A stretch of DNA of 64,000 bases, from assembly GCA_963845565.1 (NCBI GenBank), contig CAWJSJ010000002.1, positions 1,600,001-1,664,000 on the forward strand, given 5' to 3'. Positions 1 through 9,739 of this stretch are shown here, one piece after another (position 1 is the first letter of the stretch; each line of letters begins with the position of its first letter). The translations under genes and the position numbers were made by a program. This DNA is from an uncultured Methylomirabilota bacterium. Its GTDB lineage: Bacteria > Methylomirabilota > Methylomirabilia > Methylomirabilales > 2-02-FULL-66-22. The notes under the pieces were generated by a model that was not told the DNA's origin, did not search any database, and worked only from the letters and a program-made list of their open reading frames with translations.

Positions 1-74
1 GTGTCGTGACTCCCGGAAGAGGGGTGACGGCGCGCGGGGAAGGCGCCGCGCGCCAGGTCGCGTACGTGGGCTAC

Positions 75-104
75 ATTATCCGTTGATCGGGCCCCGGGCG
101 TCAA
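75..104 (-). promoter_or_regulatory. Putative sigma70 promoter for a gene left of the window
   Basis: Minus strand TTGACG-N18-GATAAT. Confidence 0.45.
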
Positions 105-251
105 GGAGGTCGCATCCAGCGGTCTGCCCGGGGGCCCCGCAGCGGCATTTCCGCTTGACAGGGGGTGGCCGTTGCCAGACCATCCCGGCGGACGGGCAGT
201 TGCCGAGCGGCACGGCGCACCCCGCGAAGGCCACCCGGGGAGACGAGACCA

Positions 252-989
252 ATGGCGCGAAGAACGCACGCTACTCCCGAGGATGCCATGCGGGCCGTGA
301 CGGAGGATATCCTGCTCCGTGCGATCAGGCGGGCCCGGAAGACGGGGCGGACCGTCTCCATCAGCAAGACGGGCCGGGGGAAGGGAGTGGATGTGACCAC
401 CCTCGACCCACGGACGCCGGAAGGCCGAACGCGGCTCGAGGCGTTTCTCACCCCCATCCACCGGCACTACACCGTCTCGGGCCTGGGGGCGCCCGAGGAG
501 CGGGACGCCATCAGTTGGCGATCGCTGAACCTTCCCGTCTGGCGGCGCGCCTTGGTGGGGCTGCAGGTCGCCGTGTCCTTCCTGATGAAGGGCACGCCCC
601 GCAAGAACGCCCTCTACCGCTGGATGGGGGTGCACGTCGGCAGGAACGTCGAGATCATGCAGATGGCCTGGCTGGACCACTACCGGCCGGAGCTGATCTG
701 GATCGGCGACAACACGCTGATCGGCGCCTTCACGCGGATCACCGTCCACGCCTACGAGGGGCAGGGCCGTTTCCGCTACGGTCTGGTCACGATCGGGAAA
801 CACTGCACCATCGGGGCAGGCACCGGGATCGGCCCGATCCGGATCGAGGACGGGGTCCGCACGCTACCGGGCGCCACGCTCTCCCCCTACCTCGCGCGCA
901 TCAAGGCCGGATCGGTCGTCGGCTACGCCCCACCCCCCGTGCGACGGCCCGAGCACGAGCCGTCCGGAACCCCCGCGTCCGAATCGTGA
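252..989 (+). CDS. Hexapeptide-repeat (left-handed beta-helix) acyltransferase-like protein
   Basis: Repeats VHVGRNVEI, IWIGDNTLIG, VTIGKHCTIGAGTGIG; ATG 252 follows GGGGAG. Confidence 0.7.
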   Translation: MARRTHATPEDAMRAVTEDILLRAIRRARKTGRTVSISKTGRGKGVDVTTLDPRTPEGRTRLEAFLTPIHRHYTVSGLGAPEERDAISWRSLNLPVWRRALVGLQVAVSFLMKGTPRKNALYRWMGVHVGRNVEIMQMAWLDHYRPELIWIGDNTLIGAFTRITVHAYEGQGRFRYGLVTIGKHCTIGAGTGIGPIRIEDGVRTLPGATLSPYLARIKAGSVVGYAPPPVRRPEHEPSGTPASES

Positions 990-1029
990 GGGTGCAGTCC
1001 GGTCACGCTAGTCTGTGACAACGGCTTAA

Positions 1030-1180
1030 CAGGCTGCTGAAAACCCGTTTTCGCCCAGGCTGCTCAAGAAGGTCCAGATGCCAGGCGGAACGCGCAAGGC
1101 CGAGTGAGGCGTACTCCTGGTACGCCGCAATGAGTGCCTCAGCGTTCCAACGCCGCAGATGGGCCTCCTTGCGCAGCCTG
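1030..1180 (+). mobile_element. Family-A MITE/REP-like element, copy 1
   Basis: CAGGCTGCTGAAAA...GCAGCCTG ends, internal GGCGTAC-N5-GTACGCC hairpin, flanks TTAA/TTAG. Confidence 0.75.
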
Positions 1181-1648
1181 TTAGTGGCCGACGCGGATCG
1201 CCTCGTCGAGTTCCTTAGCGCGAGCGGCATCCAGCGGCGTGAGCCGCTCCAGGATGACGCGGGCGTCGGCCAATCGGCCCAGCTTCACGTAGGTCTCGCC
1301 CAAATATTCCAGGGCCTCCGGGAAATTCGGCCGAAGCTTGAGTGCCTGATCGTAAGCGCCGAGGGCGTCATCGTACTTCCCGGTCTGCCGGAGGGCGAAG
1401 CCAAGCTCGTTCCAGGCTTCCGGGTAATCCGGGCGGGACTCCACCGCGCGGCGGAAGCTCACGATGGCGTCAGGATAGCGCTTGGCGGCCTTGGCCTGGA
1501 GGCCGGCATTGTACTGCGCCTCGGCGGAGCGCGGAGCCGCCGGCGTCGGCGCCGGCCCGCTGCCCACCGCCGACGCCACAGCAGGCAGGGCAAGCAGGAA
1601 ACCCAAAACGAGAGACAGGGCACGCCCCGATCGGGTGCGACTGACCAT
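1181..1648 (-). CDS. Secreted tetratricopeptide-repeat protein
   Basis: Signal peptide (LVLGFLLALPAVASA); TPR motifs PDYPEAWNELGFAL and PNFPEALEYLGETY; AGGAGG RBS. Confidence 0.85.
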   Translation of the reverse strand: MVSRTRSGRALSLVLGFLLALPAVASAVGSGPAPTPAAPRSAEAQYNAGLQAKAAKRYPDAIVSFRRAVESRPDYPEAWNELGFALRQTGKYDDALGAYDQALKLRPNFPEALEYLGETYVKLGRLADARVILERLTPLDAARAKELDEAIRVGH

Positions 1649-1664
1649 GGGACACCTCCTTGGA

Positions 1665-1813
1665 AGGCTGCTGAAAAAGACCCATCTGCGGCGTTGGCCG
1701 GCCTCAGCGCTCGCTGCGGCGTACCTCCAGTACGCCTCGCTCGGCCGTCGGCCCGCCGCCTTGCATCTGGGCCCTTTTGAGCAGCCTAGGAAGAACGGGT
1801 TTTCCAGCACCCG
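1665..1813 (-). mobile_element. Family-A MITE/REP-like element, copy 2 (reverse orientation)
   Basis: AGGCTGCTGAAAAAGACCCATCTGC...GCATCTGGGCCCTTTTGAGCAGCCT. Confidence 0.75.
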
Positions 1814-1817
1814 TTTA

Positions 1818-1914
1818 GCCGTTGCGAAATACCTTGTCCATGTGTGGTAATTTCGTTACGGCTCCTGCTGCCGTTTCCGGAATTTCGCCGGTCAAGTCAT
1901 TCTTCGACAACGGC
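1818..1914. repeat. Family-B double-hairpin repeat, copy 1
   Basis: GCCGTTGCGAAAT...ATTTCGTTACGGCTC then GCCGTTTC...GACAACGGC; similar to 11749 and 39414. Confidence 0.7.
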
Positions 1915-1981
1915 TTGAGTATGGGGTTCTGCCTGTCTCAACCGGCGGGAGGTGCGAATGGTTCCCGGGGGCGGGAACGAC

Positions 1982-2762
1982 TCAGGCCGGCCCTGTCGGG
2001 GTGACCGTCCACCAGATCACCGCGCTCTGCCGCCGCATCGGTGCGATGAGGCTAGGCGCCGGCCGGGCGTAGCCTGTTCTCTAGAAACTCGACGAGCGTC
2101 CGGCGCTGGGTGGGCTCGGTGAGTTCCATCTGTTGGACCCAGAACTCCGTGGCTTCCCGCATTGTGGCGAACGGCTGATCGAATTCGTAGCCGATGATCT
2201 GGACATTGGCGTAGATGCCGAGGCTGTGGAGCAGGTTGAGAGTGTGGAGGTAATCGTCGCGGGCGGGGTAGGGTCGGCCGAGGAGCAGGGGGTACAGCTC
2301 GCCGAGGTAGAATTTCTCCGCGCCGGGGCCCACGTTCTGCACGAACGCCATCGCACGGCACGCCAGGGGCTCCGCCGCCGTCAGGAAGCCCAGCAGATCC
2401 TTGAAGATGGGGGCCACGTTGGCCACCAGGACCAGGTCGTGGGGGGCGAGTGGGGACTCGCCCCAGGCGGCCTGCAGGCAGGTCACGTTCTCGAGGTGGT
2501 TCCGAGCGAGATTTGCCTGAAGCTCCTCCATCATGGTGGGAGAAGGTTCGAGGGCCGTGACCTGTTCGACCCGTTTGGCCAGCGGCACCGTGAGCGCTCC
2601 GACGCCGGCCCCGACGTCCAGGACGCTGCGGCAGTCCGCCAAGGCGGACTCGAGCGCCTTGATCGCCCGGGCCGGGAAGTCGCTCTGCTGGATGGCCTGG
2701 CTGAAGAGTCGAGCGCGATGCGGCGTCCAGTAGTCTTGCCCGCGATCCGAGTCGGAAGTCAC
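1982..2762 (-). CDS. Class I SAM-dependent methyltransferase, probable 1-bp frameshift near 2055
   Basis: Motif I VLDVGAGVG; ORF stops at 2052, but a shifted frame continues SLIAPMRRQSAVIWWTVTPTGPA* to 1982. Confidence 0.75.
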
Positions 2763-2772
2763 CGGGAACTCC

Positions 2773-3453
2773 TTAGCAGGCGCGGACCTTCCGGGCGATG
2801 GTCAGCCATTCGCGATGGGTCACGGGGCCGCTGTCGGGTACCTCGGCCAGGTCCACGATTTCGCAGGTGAGCAGGTCGAAGCGGTCCGGCGGCAGGAGCG
2901 CCGCGATGTCGTCGGCGTCGAAGAAATGCATCCGCTTGCCCTTGGGATCGATGCGGGTGTTGGGTTCCGGGTGCGGTTCCCAGGTGGAGAATCCCGCCTC
3001 GTCCGTCGAGAAGTTGGTCATGGCAATCAGCCCGCCGTCCCGGGTGAGGCCCCAGAGGCGGTTCACCATGGCGCGCCGAACCGGCTCGGGCTGCAGGTGG
3101 ATCAGGTGCACGGCCACCGCGGCATCGAACGATCCCTGGGGGAGGTCGGCCGCCAGGAGGTCCCCGGCGATGAAGTGGACCGACAGGCCGTCGCGGACGG
3201 CCTGTTCCTCCGCCCATCGGAGCGCGTTCGCGCTCAGGTCGAGACCGGTGACGGCAAATCCCTCACGCGCGTAGAAGAGGGCGTCCCGACCGGAGCCGCA
3301 GCCGGCCTCCAGGAGTCGCACCACCTTCTCGCGCCGGAAGAGCGCGCCGAGCCGGCGGGCAACGGAGGTCGGCTCGGTCCCGTAGAGCCGCGCCTCCGCG
3401 TACCGCGCGTCCCAGAACGCCGCCGCATCCTCCGGCTCCACCGCGCGCACCAT
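2773..3453 (-). CDS. Class I SAM-dependent methyltransferase
   Basis: FWDARY, LLEAGCGSGRD, VTGLDLS; GGAG RBS 7 nt before ATG 3453. Confidence 0.85.
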   Translation of the reverse strand: MVRAVEPEDAAAFWDARYAEARLYGTEPTSVARRLGALFRREKVVRLLEAGCGSGRDALFYAREGFAVTGLDLSANALRWAEEQAVRDGLSVHFIAGDLLAADLPQGSFDAAVAVHLIHLQPEPVRRAMVNRLWGLTRDGGLIAMTNFSTDEAGFSTWEPHPEPNTRIDPKGKRMHFFDADDIAALLPPDRFDLLTCEIVDLAEVPDSGPVTHREWLTIARKVRAC

Positions 3454-3520
3454 GGGCATTCTCCAACGGCATACGACATTCATGACCAAAGGCGAATGAC
3501 CCAATCGACCAATTGACTAA

Positions 3521-3672
3521 CAGGATGCGGAAAATCCCGCTTTTCCCCAGGCTGCTCAAAAAGGTCCACATGCAAGGCGGCGAACGCAGGGCCGAGTGAG
3601 GCGTACTCCAGGTACGCCGCAATGAGCGCCCAAGTGAGCCAACGCAGCAGATGGGCCTTTTTCAGCAGCCTG
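3521..3672 (+). mobile_element. Family-A MITE/REP-like element, copy 3
   Basis: Identical CTAA flanks (3517-3520 and 3673-3676), consistent with a target-site duplication. Confidence 0.8.
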
Positions 3673-4164
3673 CTAATGCCCCTGTCTTTTCCGTGCGGCG
3701 GCCAGTGCCAGCGCCACGGCCTCTTTGGCGTCGCGGGCCTGCTGGATCGGCACCTCCTCCTGTCCGGTGCGCCGCAGGTCCCAGGTGTCGAGGCCGATCA
3801 CGGGGGTGCCCTCGATCTTGGCGAAGGCGATCTCGGACAGGGTACCGTACTTGCCCCCGACGGCGATCACGGCGTGGGCGCTGCGCGCCACCAAGAGATT
3901 CCGGGCGTGACCCAGGCCGGTCGGGATCGCATAGGTCACGTAGGGGTTGGCTTCTCCGTGGCGCGAGCCCGGCAGGATGCCGATGGTCACCCCGCCGCGG
4001 CTGTGGGCGCCACGGCAGGCGGCCTCCATGGCTCCCCCCAGCCCACCGCAGATCAGAACCGCGCCGGCCGCCGCGATCTCCGCCCCCACCGCCTCTGCGA
4101 GGGCCGCCAGGCGGGGCGACGGATCGTTCTCACCGATCACCGAGATGAAGAGAGGACGGTCCAT
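3673..4164 (-). CDS. TIGR00725-type SLOG/LOG-family nucleotide-binding protein
   Basis: CGGLGGAMEAACRGA, GILPG, TGLGHARN, GGKYGTLSEIAFA. Confidence 0.85.
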   Translation of the reverse strand: MDRPLFISVIGENDPSPRLAALAEAVGAEIAAAGAVLICGGLGGAMEAACRGAHSRGGVTIGILPGSRHGEANPYVTYAIPTGLGHARNLLVARSAHAVIAVGGKYGTLSEIAFAKIEGTPVIGLDTWDLRRTGQEEVPIQQARDAKEAVALALAAARKRQGH

Positions 4165-4202
4165 GGGTCGCCTCCACGCTCAGTTGGGTCGCCCGTTCTT
4201 AG

Positions 4203-4273
4203 CAGGATGCTGAAAAACCCGTTTTTGCCGTTTCCAGCATATCTCTGGTCAAGTCATTCTTTGACAACGGCTC
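4203..4273. repeat. Family-A left end fused to family-B right half
   Basis: TTAG-CAGGATGCTGAAAAACCCG followed by GCCGTTTCC...GGTCAAGTCATTCTTTGACAACGGCT. Confidence 0.6.
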
Positions 4274-4820
4274 ACTCCGGTCGCACCTCGACCGACGTGG
4301 GGCCCTTGGTCTTGGCCATGAAGCCGACCGCGTAGGGGCAGACCAGGGGGACGCGCGACACTGTCCCTCCGTTCTTGTGGTAGGCGGCCAGGCGGATCGA
4401 GTAGCCGTTGATGCTCCCCGAGATGAGGCCGCCCTTGACGTTTCCCCACCGCTGCTGTCGGTGCCCGTCGTTGATGGCGACGATGATGGACGTGCCGTCG
4501 TCGCGAAAGTCCTGGTGATCGGTGCGGGACAGCTTGGTGGTGGCCTTCTTTTCGCCGTACATCGGGTGGGAGTGATAGTCGCCCACCAGCTCCCAGCGGG
4601 AGGTGGCCCGCACGGCCTCGGCCACCCGCTGCCCGCGGTGCCAGTCCATGTGCACCTCCTGGAACTTCCGGACGGCCGACTGGTAGGGGACCACGAAATC
4701 CACCATGATCCGATCGGGCTCGCGGTGGCCCAGCAGGATTCCAAAGCACTCGCGCCGGTACACCTCGACCGTGGACACCAGGAGCCCGACGAAGGCGTTC
4801 TCGCTCAGGTACACTTCCAT
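4272..4820 (-). CDS. JAB/MPN+ (Mov34) metallopeptidase domain protein
   Basis: ECFGILLG ... GDYHSHP ... LSRTD JAMM-type motif. Confidence 0.8.
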   Translation of the reverse strand: MEVYLSENAFVGLLVSTVEVYRRECFGILLGHREPDRIMVDFVVPYQSAVRKFQEVHMDWHRGQRVAEAVRATSRWELVGDYHSHPMYGEKKATTKLSRTDHQDFRDDGTSIIVAINDGHRQQRWGNVKGGLISGSINGYSIRLAAYHKNGGTVSRVPLVCPYAVGFMAKTKGPTSVEVRPE

Positions 4821-4884
4821 GAATTCCGACTCCGTCGTACTATCTCACCCCGAGCCCCGGGCCCGGGAACGAAACCGATCCTAG

Positions 4885-5246
4885 CAGAATGCTGAAAACT
4901 CCTCTTTCAATCAGGCTGCTCAAGAAGAACCAGCGATCAGCACTCAGCTGGAGCCCACGCGACCGACCCTTCGCCGCTGATAGCTGAACGCGTACAACGC
5001 TCTACGTTCAGCGACCAGCCGAGACCGCACGTACTTGCTCAGGTTTCGCTGAGCGCCGCTGATAGCTAACTTCTTTTCGCCCAGGCCGTTCAATACGGTC
5101 CAGATGCCAGGCGGCGCGCCGAAGGCCGGGGTACCCAGCGGAGCTGGGTCCAGGCGTACTGGAAGTACGTCGCAACGAGTGCCGAGGCGGGCGGGGTACC
5201 CGTCCGCAGGATGGGTCGCCGCAGATGGGCCGTTTTCAGCGGCCTG
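4885..5246 (+). mobile_element. Composite family-A element containing heptamer repeats and nested hairpins
   Basis: CTAG-CAGAATGCTGAAAA at left, TTTTCAGCGGCCTG-TTAG at right; CAGCNNT-type repeats 4931-5068 inside. Confidence 0.6.
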
Positions 5247-6021
5247 TTAGGAGCGTGGTGGCCTGACTCCGGACTTCCTCCCGGCGGTCGCTGGCCGACA
5301 GGGCCCGCAAGTCCTGGCGCATGAGATACGGCAACAACCCCAGCGCGATGCGGACCGGCGTGGCCGGATTGTTGGCCAGGGCCACCTTCACCGGGTACCG
5401 CGCGATCCAGCGGTCGTCCTGTGCGACGATCGCCAGGGCCTGGGGGTCGGCCCGCCGCGAGGCGGCGAGTTTGACCACCTCGGCTTCGGTGACCCGCGGA
5501 TTGCCGAGCAGTGCTCGCACGACCCGGGGGTCGGGATCGAAGAGCAGGCGCTCTACCGCCCCCGCGATCGCGCGTCGGGCCAGCGAGATGCGGTATCCGA
5601 TGGGCTCGGTGGGTCGCGGCAGGACGCCGTCCTCCGCCTCCGGTCCGCGTCGTGGGGCATCGGCGAAGAGGGCCGCGCCCGGGTGGCCGCGCCTCCGCAG
5701 CGCCTCGGCGGCCGCCGTCAGGTGGGCCGACGACAGGACCTGTTCCAACCGGCCCCGATCCAGCAATCCGAAGCCGATCTGCCGTGCTCGGACGTCCCCC
5801 TCCGCCACCCGCGCCAGGAGGCGGGCGAATGTCCAGGCCGTCTCCTCGACGGAACGGGACCGCAGGTGCTCTCCGAACCGGTGCAGCCTGAGCGTCGGGT
5901 CCACGACCCCGACCAGGAGGTCCAGCACGCGGTCGGCCTCCCGCTCGGTCCGCAGTCGTCGGCACGCGAGCAGATAGGCCTGGAACGTCGAGTCGAGCCG
6001 GAGCCCGATGGCATGATCCAT
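5236..6021 (-). CDS. HEAT/alpha-repeat hypothetical protein
   Basis: 261 aa; LLFDPDPRVVRALLGNP and VKVALANNPATP repeat-like motifs. Confidence 0.65.
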   Translation of the reverse strand: MDHAIGLRLDSTFQAYLLACRRLRTEREADRVLDLLVGVVDPTLRLHRFGEHLRSRSVEETAWTFARLLARVAEGDVRARQIGFGLLDRGRLEQVLSSAHLTAAAEALRRRGHPGAALFADAPRRGPEAEDGVLPRPTEPIGYRISLARRAIAGAVERLLFDPDPRVVRALLGNPRVTEAEVVKLAASRRADPQALAIVAQDDRWIARYPVKVALANNPATPVRIALGLLPYLMRQDLRALSASDRREEVRSQATTLLTGR

Positions 6022-6161
6022 ACGCGGTGGTTACGAGGTGCAGCGGAGCGTGCCGTCAGACAGCGACACAGCCGAACGAGAGGGCGATTACCTCATTCCG
6101 CGCGGAGGGGTGAGGAATGTACGTCCCCCGCGAGATCAGCGATCTTGAAACCAGACACATC

Positions 6162-6237
<76 letters not shown>

Positions 6238-6419
6238 GTCCGGCTGTCCTTCCGGGGCGATGTCCGCGCCCGGTCTGGCGTCACTACCCCCTGGGTTTCA
6301 ACCGCCCCAGTGCGACCCAGCCTGCTGACTATAGACAATGCACCGTGACCTGTCCAGGGATTTTTGGGGGTTCTGGCGAATCGTTTCGACGATGTTCGGC
6401 ACGACCAAAGTGCTGTAAC

Positions 6420-6448
6420 ACTCTACGAAGAAAGGCTTCTTGAGTCAA
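6420..6448 (-). promoter_or_regulatory. Putative sigma70 promoter for the tRNA
   Basis: Minus strand TTGACT-N17-TAGAGT. Confidence 0.5.
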
Positions 6449-6531
6449 ATCTGGCAGACATGGCGAAAATGAATTTGGGACACATTGACCCAAATCAGTG
6501 TCCGCCACGAGTTGGCGGAACACTCCCAGAG

Positions 6532-7194
6532 TCAATCGTCCGCGTCCTCACCTTCTGGTCCAGCCCAGCTCATCTCGCGATTGACCGGGATCGCCTGCCG
6601 GCACATGGGGCATTCGGATGGCGTATACGTCGGGACATCCTGCGAGACGATCGTGAACACGGGATACTTGAACGGCGTCCCACGGCTCCGGCGCCAGATC
6701 GCCCCGATGCCGACCACCTGCCCCCCCATACTCTCTACCAGCCGGATGAGTTGCTGAACGGTTTCGCCGGTGGTCAGAATGTCCTCGATGATGAGCACGC
6801 GGCCGCCTTCGGCGAAGAAGACGCGGTACTCCGCGGGGAGAGAGACCTCCGTCTGGCTGCCGACGCGCTTCTCCTTGGTGGCGAAGATGGATCGGGGGCG
6901 TGCCGGATGGGCGCGGGCCACGCAATGGCCGAGGAGGCCGGCGCTGTAGCCGGTGGTCAGCACCAGGTCCACCGGGGAGCGGCTGAAGTGCGTGGCAATG
7001 ATGTCGCCCAGGCCCGCGGTGAAGGTGGGCTCGGTCGTGACCAGCGTCTTGGCGACGTACTCCGAGGTGTGGCGGCCCGATCGCAGGACGATGTGGTCGT
7101 CGGTCCGATAGGCGCCGGTGCGAAGCAGGATTCCCCGGTTGAGCCGCTCCCGGATGACATCATCGATGGGTATGGATTTGTCATGATACGGCAT
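6532..7194 (-). CDS. pyrE: Orotate phosphoribosyltransferase-like type I PRTase
   Basis: HIVLRSGRHTSEYV, PRPP loop VLIIEDILTTGET, C-terminal CPMC. Confidence 0.75.
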   Translation of the reverse strand: MPYHDKSIPIDDVIRERLNRGILLRTGAYRTDDHIVLRSGRHTSEYVAKTLVTTEPTFTAGLGDIIATHFSRSPVDLVLTTGYSAGLLGHCVARAHPARPRSIFATKEKRVGSQTEVSLPAEYRVFFAEGGRVLIIEDILTTGETVQQLIRLVESMGGQVVGIGAIWRRSRGTPFKYPVFTIVSQDVPTYTPSECPMCRQAIPVNREMSWAGPEGEDADD

Positions 7195-7216
7195 GCTGCC
7201 ACCCCTCCGACTGGTT

Positions 7217-7954
7217 TCAGGGTGAACGCTTGGACCGTCGCCGATATTCGGCGATCAGGCCGTGATCGGCGAAGCTGTAGTGGTCGCTCCGCCCGATGAT
7301 GACGTGATCCAGCAGCGGGACGTGCAGCAGGTCGCCGGCCAGGACCAGCTCCTCGGTCAGGGCCCGGTCGCCGGCGCTGGGCTGGGCATGGCCGGACGGG
7401 TGGTTATGGACCAGGATGGTCGCCGCCGCATGGTGCCGGTTGGCCAGGTCCAGGATGGTGCGCACGTAGACGGGGCTCTCCGTGAGCGAACCCTCGCTCA
7501 GCGTCTCGAGCGCCACCACGTCGTTGCCCCCGTTCAGGAAGAGCATGTCGCACCGCTCGTGCTGCAGGCCGCGCAGCCGGGGCACGCACAGGGCCAGAAC
7601 GTCCTGCGAGCTGGCGACGCGGTGATGGGTGTCCCGCTCGACCTCTGCGAGAAGTCGTCGGCCCAGCTCCAGCGCCGCCTTGACCTGGGCTACCTTGGCC
7701 GGGCCGACGCCGGGAGTTTCGGTGAGGATGTCGGGGGTGGCGGCCTCCAGCCCCGCGAGCCCGTGCTGATCCCGGAGCAGGGCGCGGGCGACGTCCACGG
7801 CACTCCGCCCCCGCGAACCCGTCCGCAGGACGATGGCCAGGAGTTCCGCGGTGGTCAGGTGGCGCGCCCCCTCGGCGAGCAGTCGCTCGCGGGGCCGTTC
7901 CCCTTCGGGCCAGTCGCGGATGGCGTACCGTTTTGGCGGGACCCCGGGTGCCAT
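7217..7954 (-). CDS. radC: RadC (UPF0758, JAB domain)
   Basis: ERPRERLL..G...LTTAELLAIVLRTG, HhH GVGPAK, HNHPSG..PS..D, LLDHVIIG. Confidence 0.92.
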   Translation of the reverse strand: MAPGVPPKRYAIRDWPEGERPRERLLAEGARHLTTAELLAIVLRTGSRGRSAVDVARALLRDQHGLAGLEAATPDILTETPGVGPAKVAQVKAALELGRRLLAEVERDTHHRVASSQDVLALCVPRLRGLQHERCDMLFLNGGNDVVALETLSEGSLTESPVYVRTILDLANRHHAAATILVHNHPSGHAQPSAGDRALTEELVLAGDLLHVPLLDHVIIGRSDHYSFADHGLIAEYRRRSKRSP

Positions 7955-7987
7955 CGGCCGCTCAATAGGTGGGGGGTTGGGGGTTTC

Positions 7988-8103
7988 GGCAACTTGGCGA
8001 CTGGGCAACTTGGCGACTGGGCAATTTGGCAATCAGGTAATTCGGCAACTCCAAATTGCCAAATCGCCTAATCACCAGATTGCCTATCTCTCCCAATTGC
8101 CAG
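7988..8103. repeat. Degenerate 8-bp tandem repeats in two inverted tracts
   Basis: GGCAACTT/GGCGACTG/GGCAATTT run followed by CCAAATTG/CCAAATCG run. Confidence 0.6.
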
Positions 8104-8171
8104 GTGGCCTGATCGCCGAAAGTCGCGGCCGAGGATACCAGGATTCCCCAGACGGGCCAACGCAATTCTCT

Positions 8172-8252
8172 TAGCAATCAGCGATCAGCTTTCAGCTCTC
8201 AGCGGTCAGAAGTCAGAGGTCAGCAATCAGAAATCAGCGATCAGCGAACAGA
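8172..8252. repeat. Degenerate 7-bp tandem repeat (TCAGCNN)
   Basis: TCAGCGA TCAGCTT TCAGCTC TCAGCGG TCAGAAG TCAGAGG TCAGCAA... Confidence 0.75.
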
Positions 8253-8395
8253 CAGACTGCTCAAAAAGGTCCATATGCAAGGCGGCGAGCGCAAGGCGGG
8301 GTACCCACCGAAGGTGGGTCAAGGCGTACTCCGGGTACGCCGCAACGAGTGCCTAAGCGAACCAACGCAGCAGATGGGCCTTTTTCAGCAGCCTG
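8253..8395 (+). mobile_element. Family-A MITE/REP-like element
   Basis: CAGACTGCTCAAAAAGGTCC...TTTTTCAGCAGCCTG, abutting the Nramp stop codon. Confidence 0.75.
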
Positions 8396-9634
8396 TCACA
8401 CGACGCTGGTGATCAGCAGGAGAACGCTCAGCGCCGTCATGACGGCCGCGGTGCCCCAGGCGACGAGATTGAACGGCACCGTATTCACGTGGCGTCCCAT
8501 CAGGCCGGGGTCGTTGATCAGCTTCAGCATGACCATCAGGACCAACGGGAGAAGGACGCCGTTGAGGGTTTGCGACCAGAACATGATCGCGACGAGCGGT
8601 GCGCGAGGGAGGAGGATCGGGATCGCCCCCACCAGGATCATCAGGGTGAAGATGGTGAAGAAGCCGGGCGCCTCCTTGGGGCGGCGGTCCACGCCGGTCT
8701 CCCAGCCGAGCGCCTCGCAGACGGCGTAGGCGGTGGACAGAGGAAGGATGGCGGCGGAAAAGATCGAGGCGTTGAGCAGGCCAAAGGCGAACAGGATCGT
8801 GGCGTACCGGCCGGCGAACGGCTCCAGGGCGAGCGCGGCGTCCTTGGCGCTCTCGACCCGGATCCCGTTCGGATACAGGGTGGCGCCGCAGGCGACGATG
8901 ATGAAGAAGGCGATCAGGCCGGCCGCGACGCTGCCGATGTAGGCGTCCAGCCTGGCCCAGCGGAGGTCGCGCAACCGGATGCCCTTGTCCACGATGGCGG
9001 ACTGCAGGTAGAACTGCATCCAGGGGGCGATGGTGGTTCCGACGATGGTGATCAGCGTGGTGAGGTAGCCGCCTTGGAGCGAGAAGGTCGGCCGGACGGT
9101 CTGACGCAGGATCGTCGCCCACGGCGGATCGGCCAGGAAGGCGGAGAGGAAGTACACCGCGTAGACCGCGCTGGCCACCAGGAAGATCCGCTCGATGGCC
9201 TTGTAGGTGCCTTGCGCGACCAGGCAAAAGACCAAGACCGCGGCGAACGGGACCGACCAGAGACGGCTGATGCCGAAGATCTCAAGGCTGGCGGCGACGC
9301 CCGCGAACTCGGAGGCGGTGTTGGCCACGTTCGCCAGCACCAGGATCGCCATGGCGATCAAGGTGAACCGAACCCCAAATCGCTCGCGGATGAGATCGGC
9401 CAGTCCCCGGCCGGTTACCACGCCCATCCGGGTGCCCATCTCCTGGACCACGGCCAGGGCCAGGATGATGAGCGGCAGCGACCAGAGGTGCGTGTAGCCG
9501 AACTGCGCCCCGGCCACCGAGTAGGTGGTGATCCCGCCGGCGTCCTGGTCCACGCTGGCGGTGATGATCCCCGGCCCCATCACCGCGAGGAAGAGGAGGA
9601 TCCGGCGTCGGATGCGAGTCATTCGGACCGGCAT
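8396..9634 (-). CDS. Nramp-related divalent cation transporter (NRMT/Mg-type)
   Basis: MGPGIITASVDQDAGGITTYS (DAGG where MntH has DPGN), GTTIAPWMQF, multiple TM helices. Confidence 0.85.
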   Translation of the reverse strand: MPVRMTRIRRRILLFLAVMGPGIITASVDQDAGGITTYSVAGAQFGYTHLWSLPLIILALAVVQEMGTRMGVVTGRGLADLIRERFGVRFTLIAMAILVLANVANTASEFAGVAASLEIFGISRLWSVPFAAVLVFCLVAQGTYKAIERIFLVASAVYAVYFLSAFLADPPWATILRQTVRPTFSLQGGYLTTLITIVGTTIAPWMQFYLQSAIVDKGIRLRDLRWARLDAYIGSVAAGLIAFFIIVACGATLYPNGIRVESAKDAALALEPFAGRYATILFAFGLLNASIFSAAILPLSTAYAVCEALGWETGVDRRPKEAPGFFTIFTLMILVGAIPILLPRAPLVAIMFWSQTLNGVLLPLVLMVMLKLINDPGLMGRHVNTVPFNLVAWGTAAVMTALSVLLLITSVV

Positions 9635-9739
9635 GGCGTACCGCGCACTCCCGACGCCCGGCAACCGAACGCCAACGAGGCCGCGCCCTGAACGCTCGGG
9701 GCGGCCGCGGCCGCGAATCGACGAGCGACCCCGCGACCG

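Noticed and set aside
1003..1230. Short ORFs containing LLKKAHLRRW or GLFQQP peptides at several loci
   Set aside because: They are translations of the family-A repeat, not a protein family.
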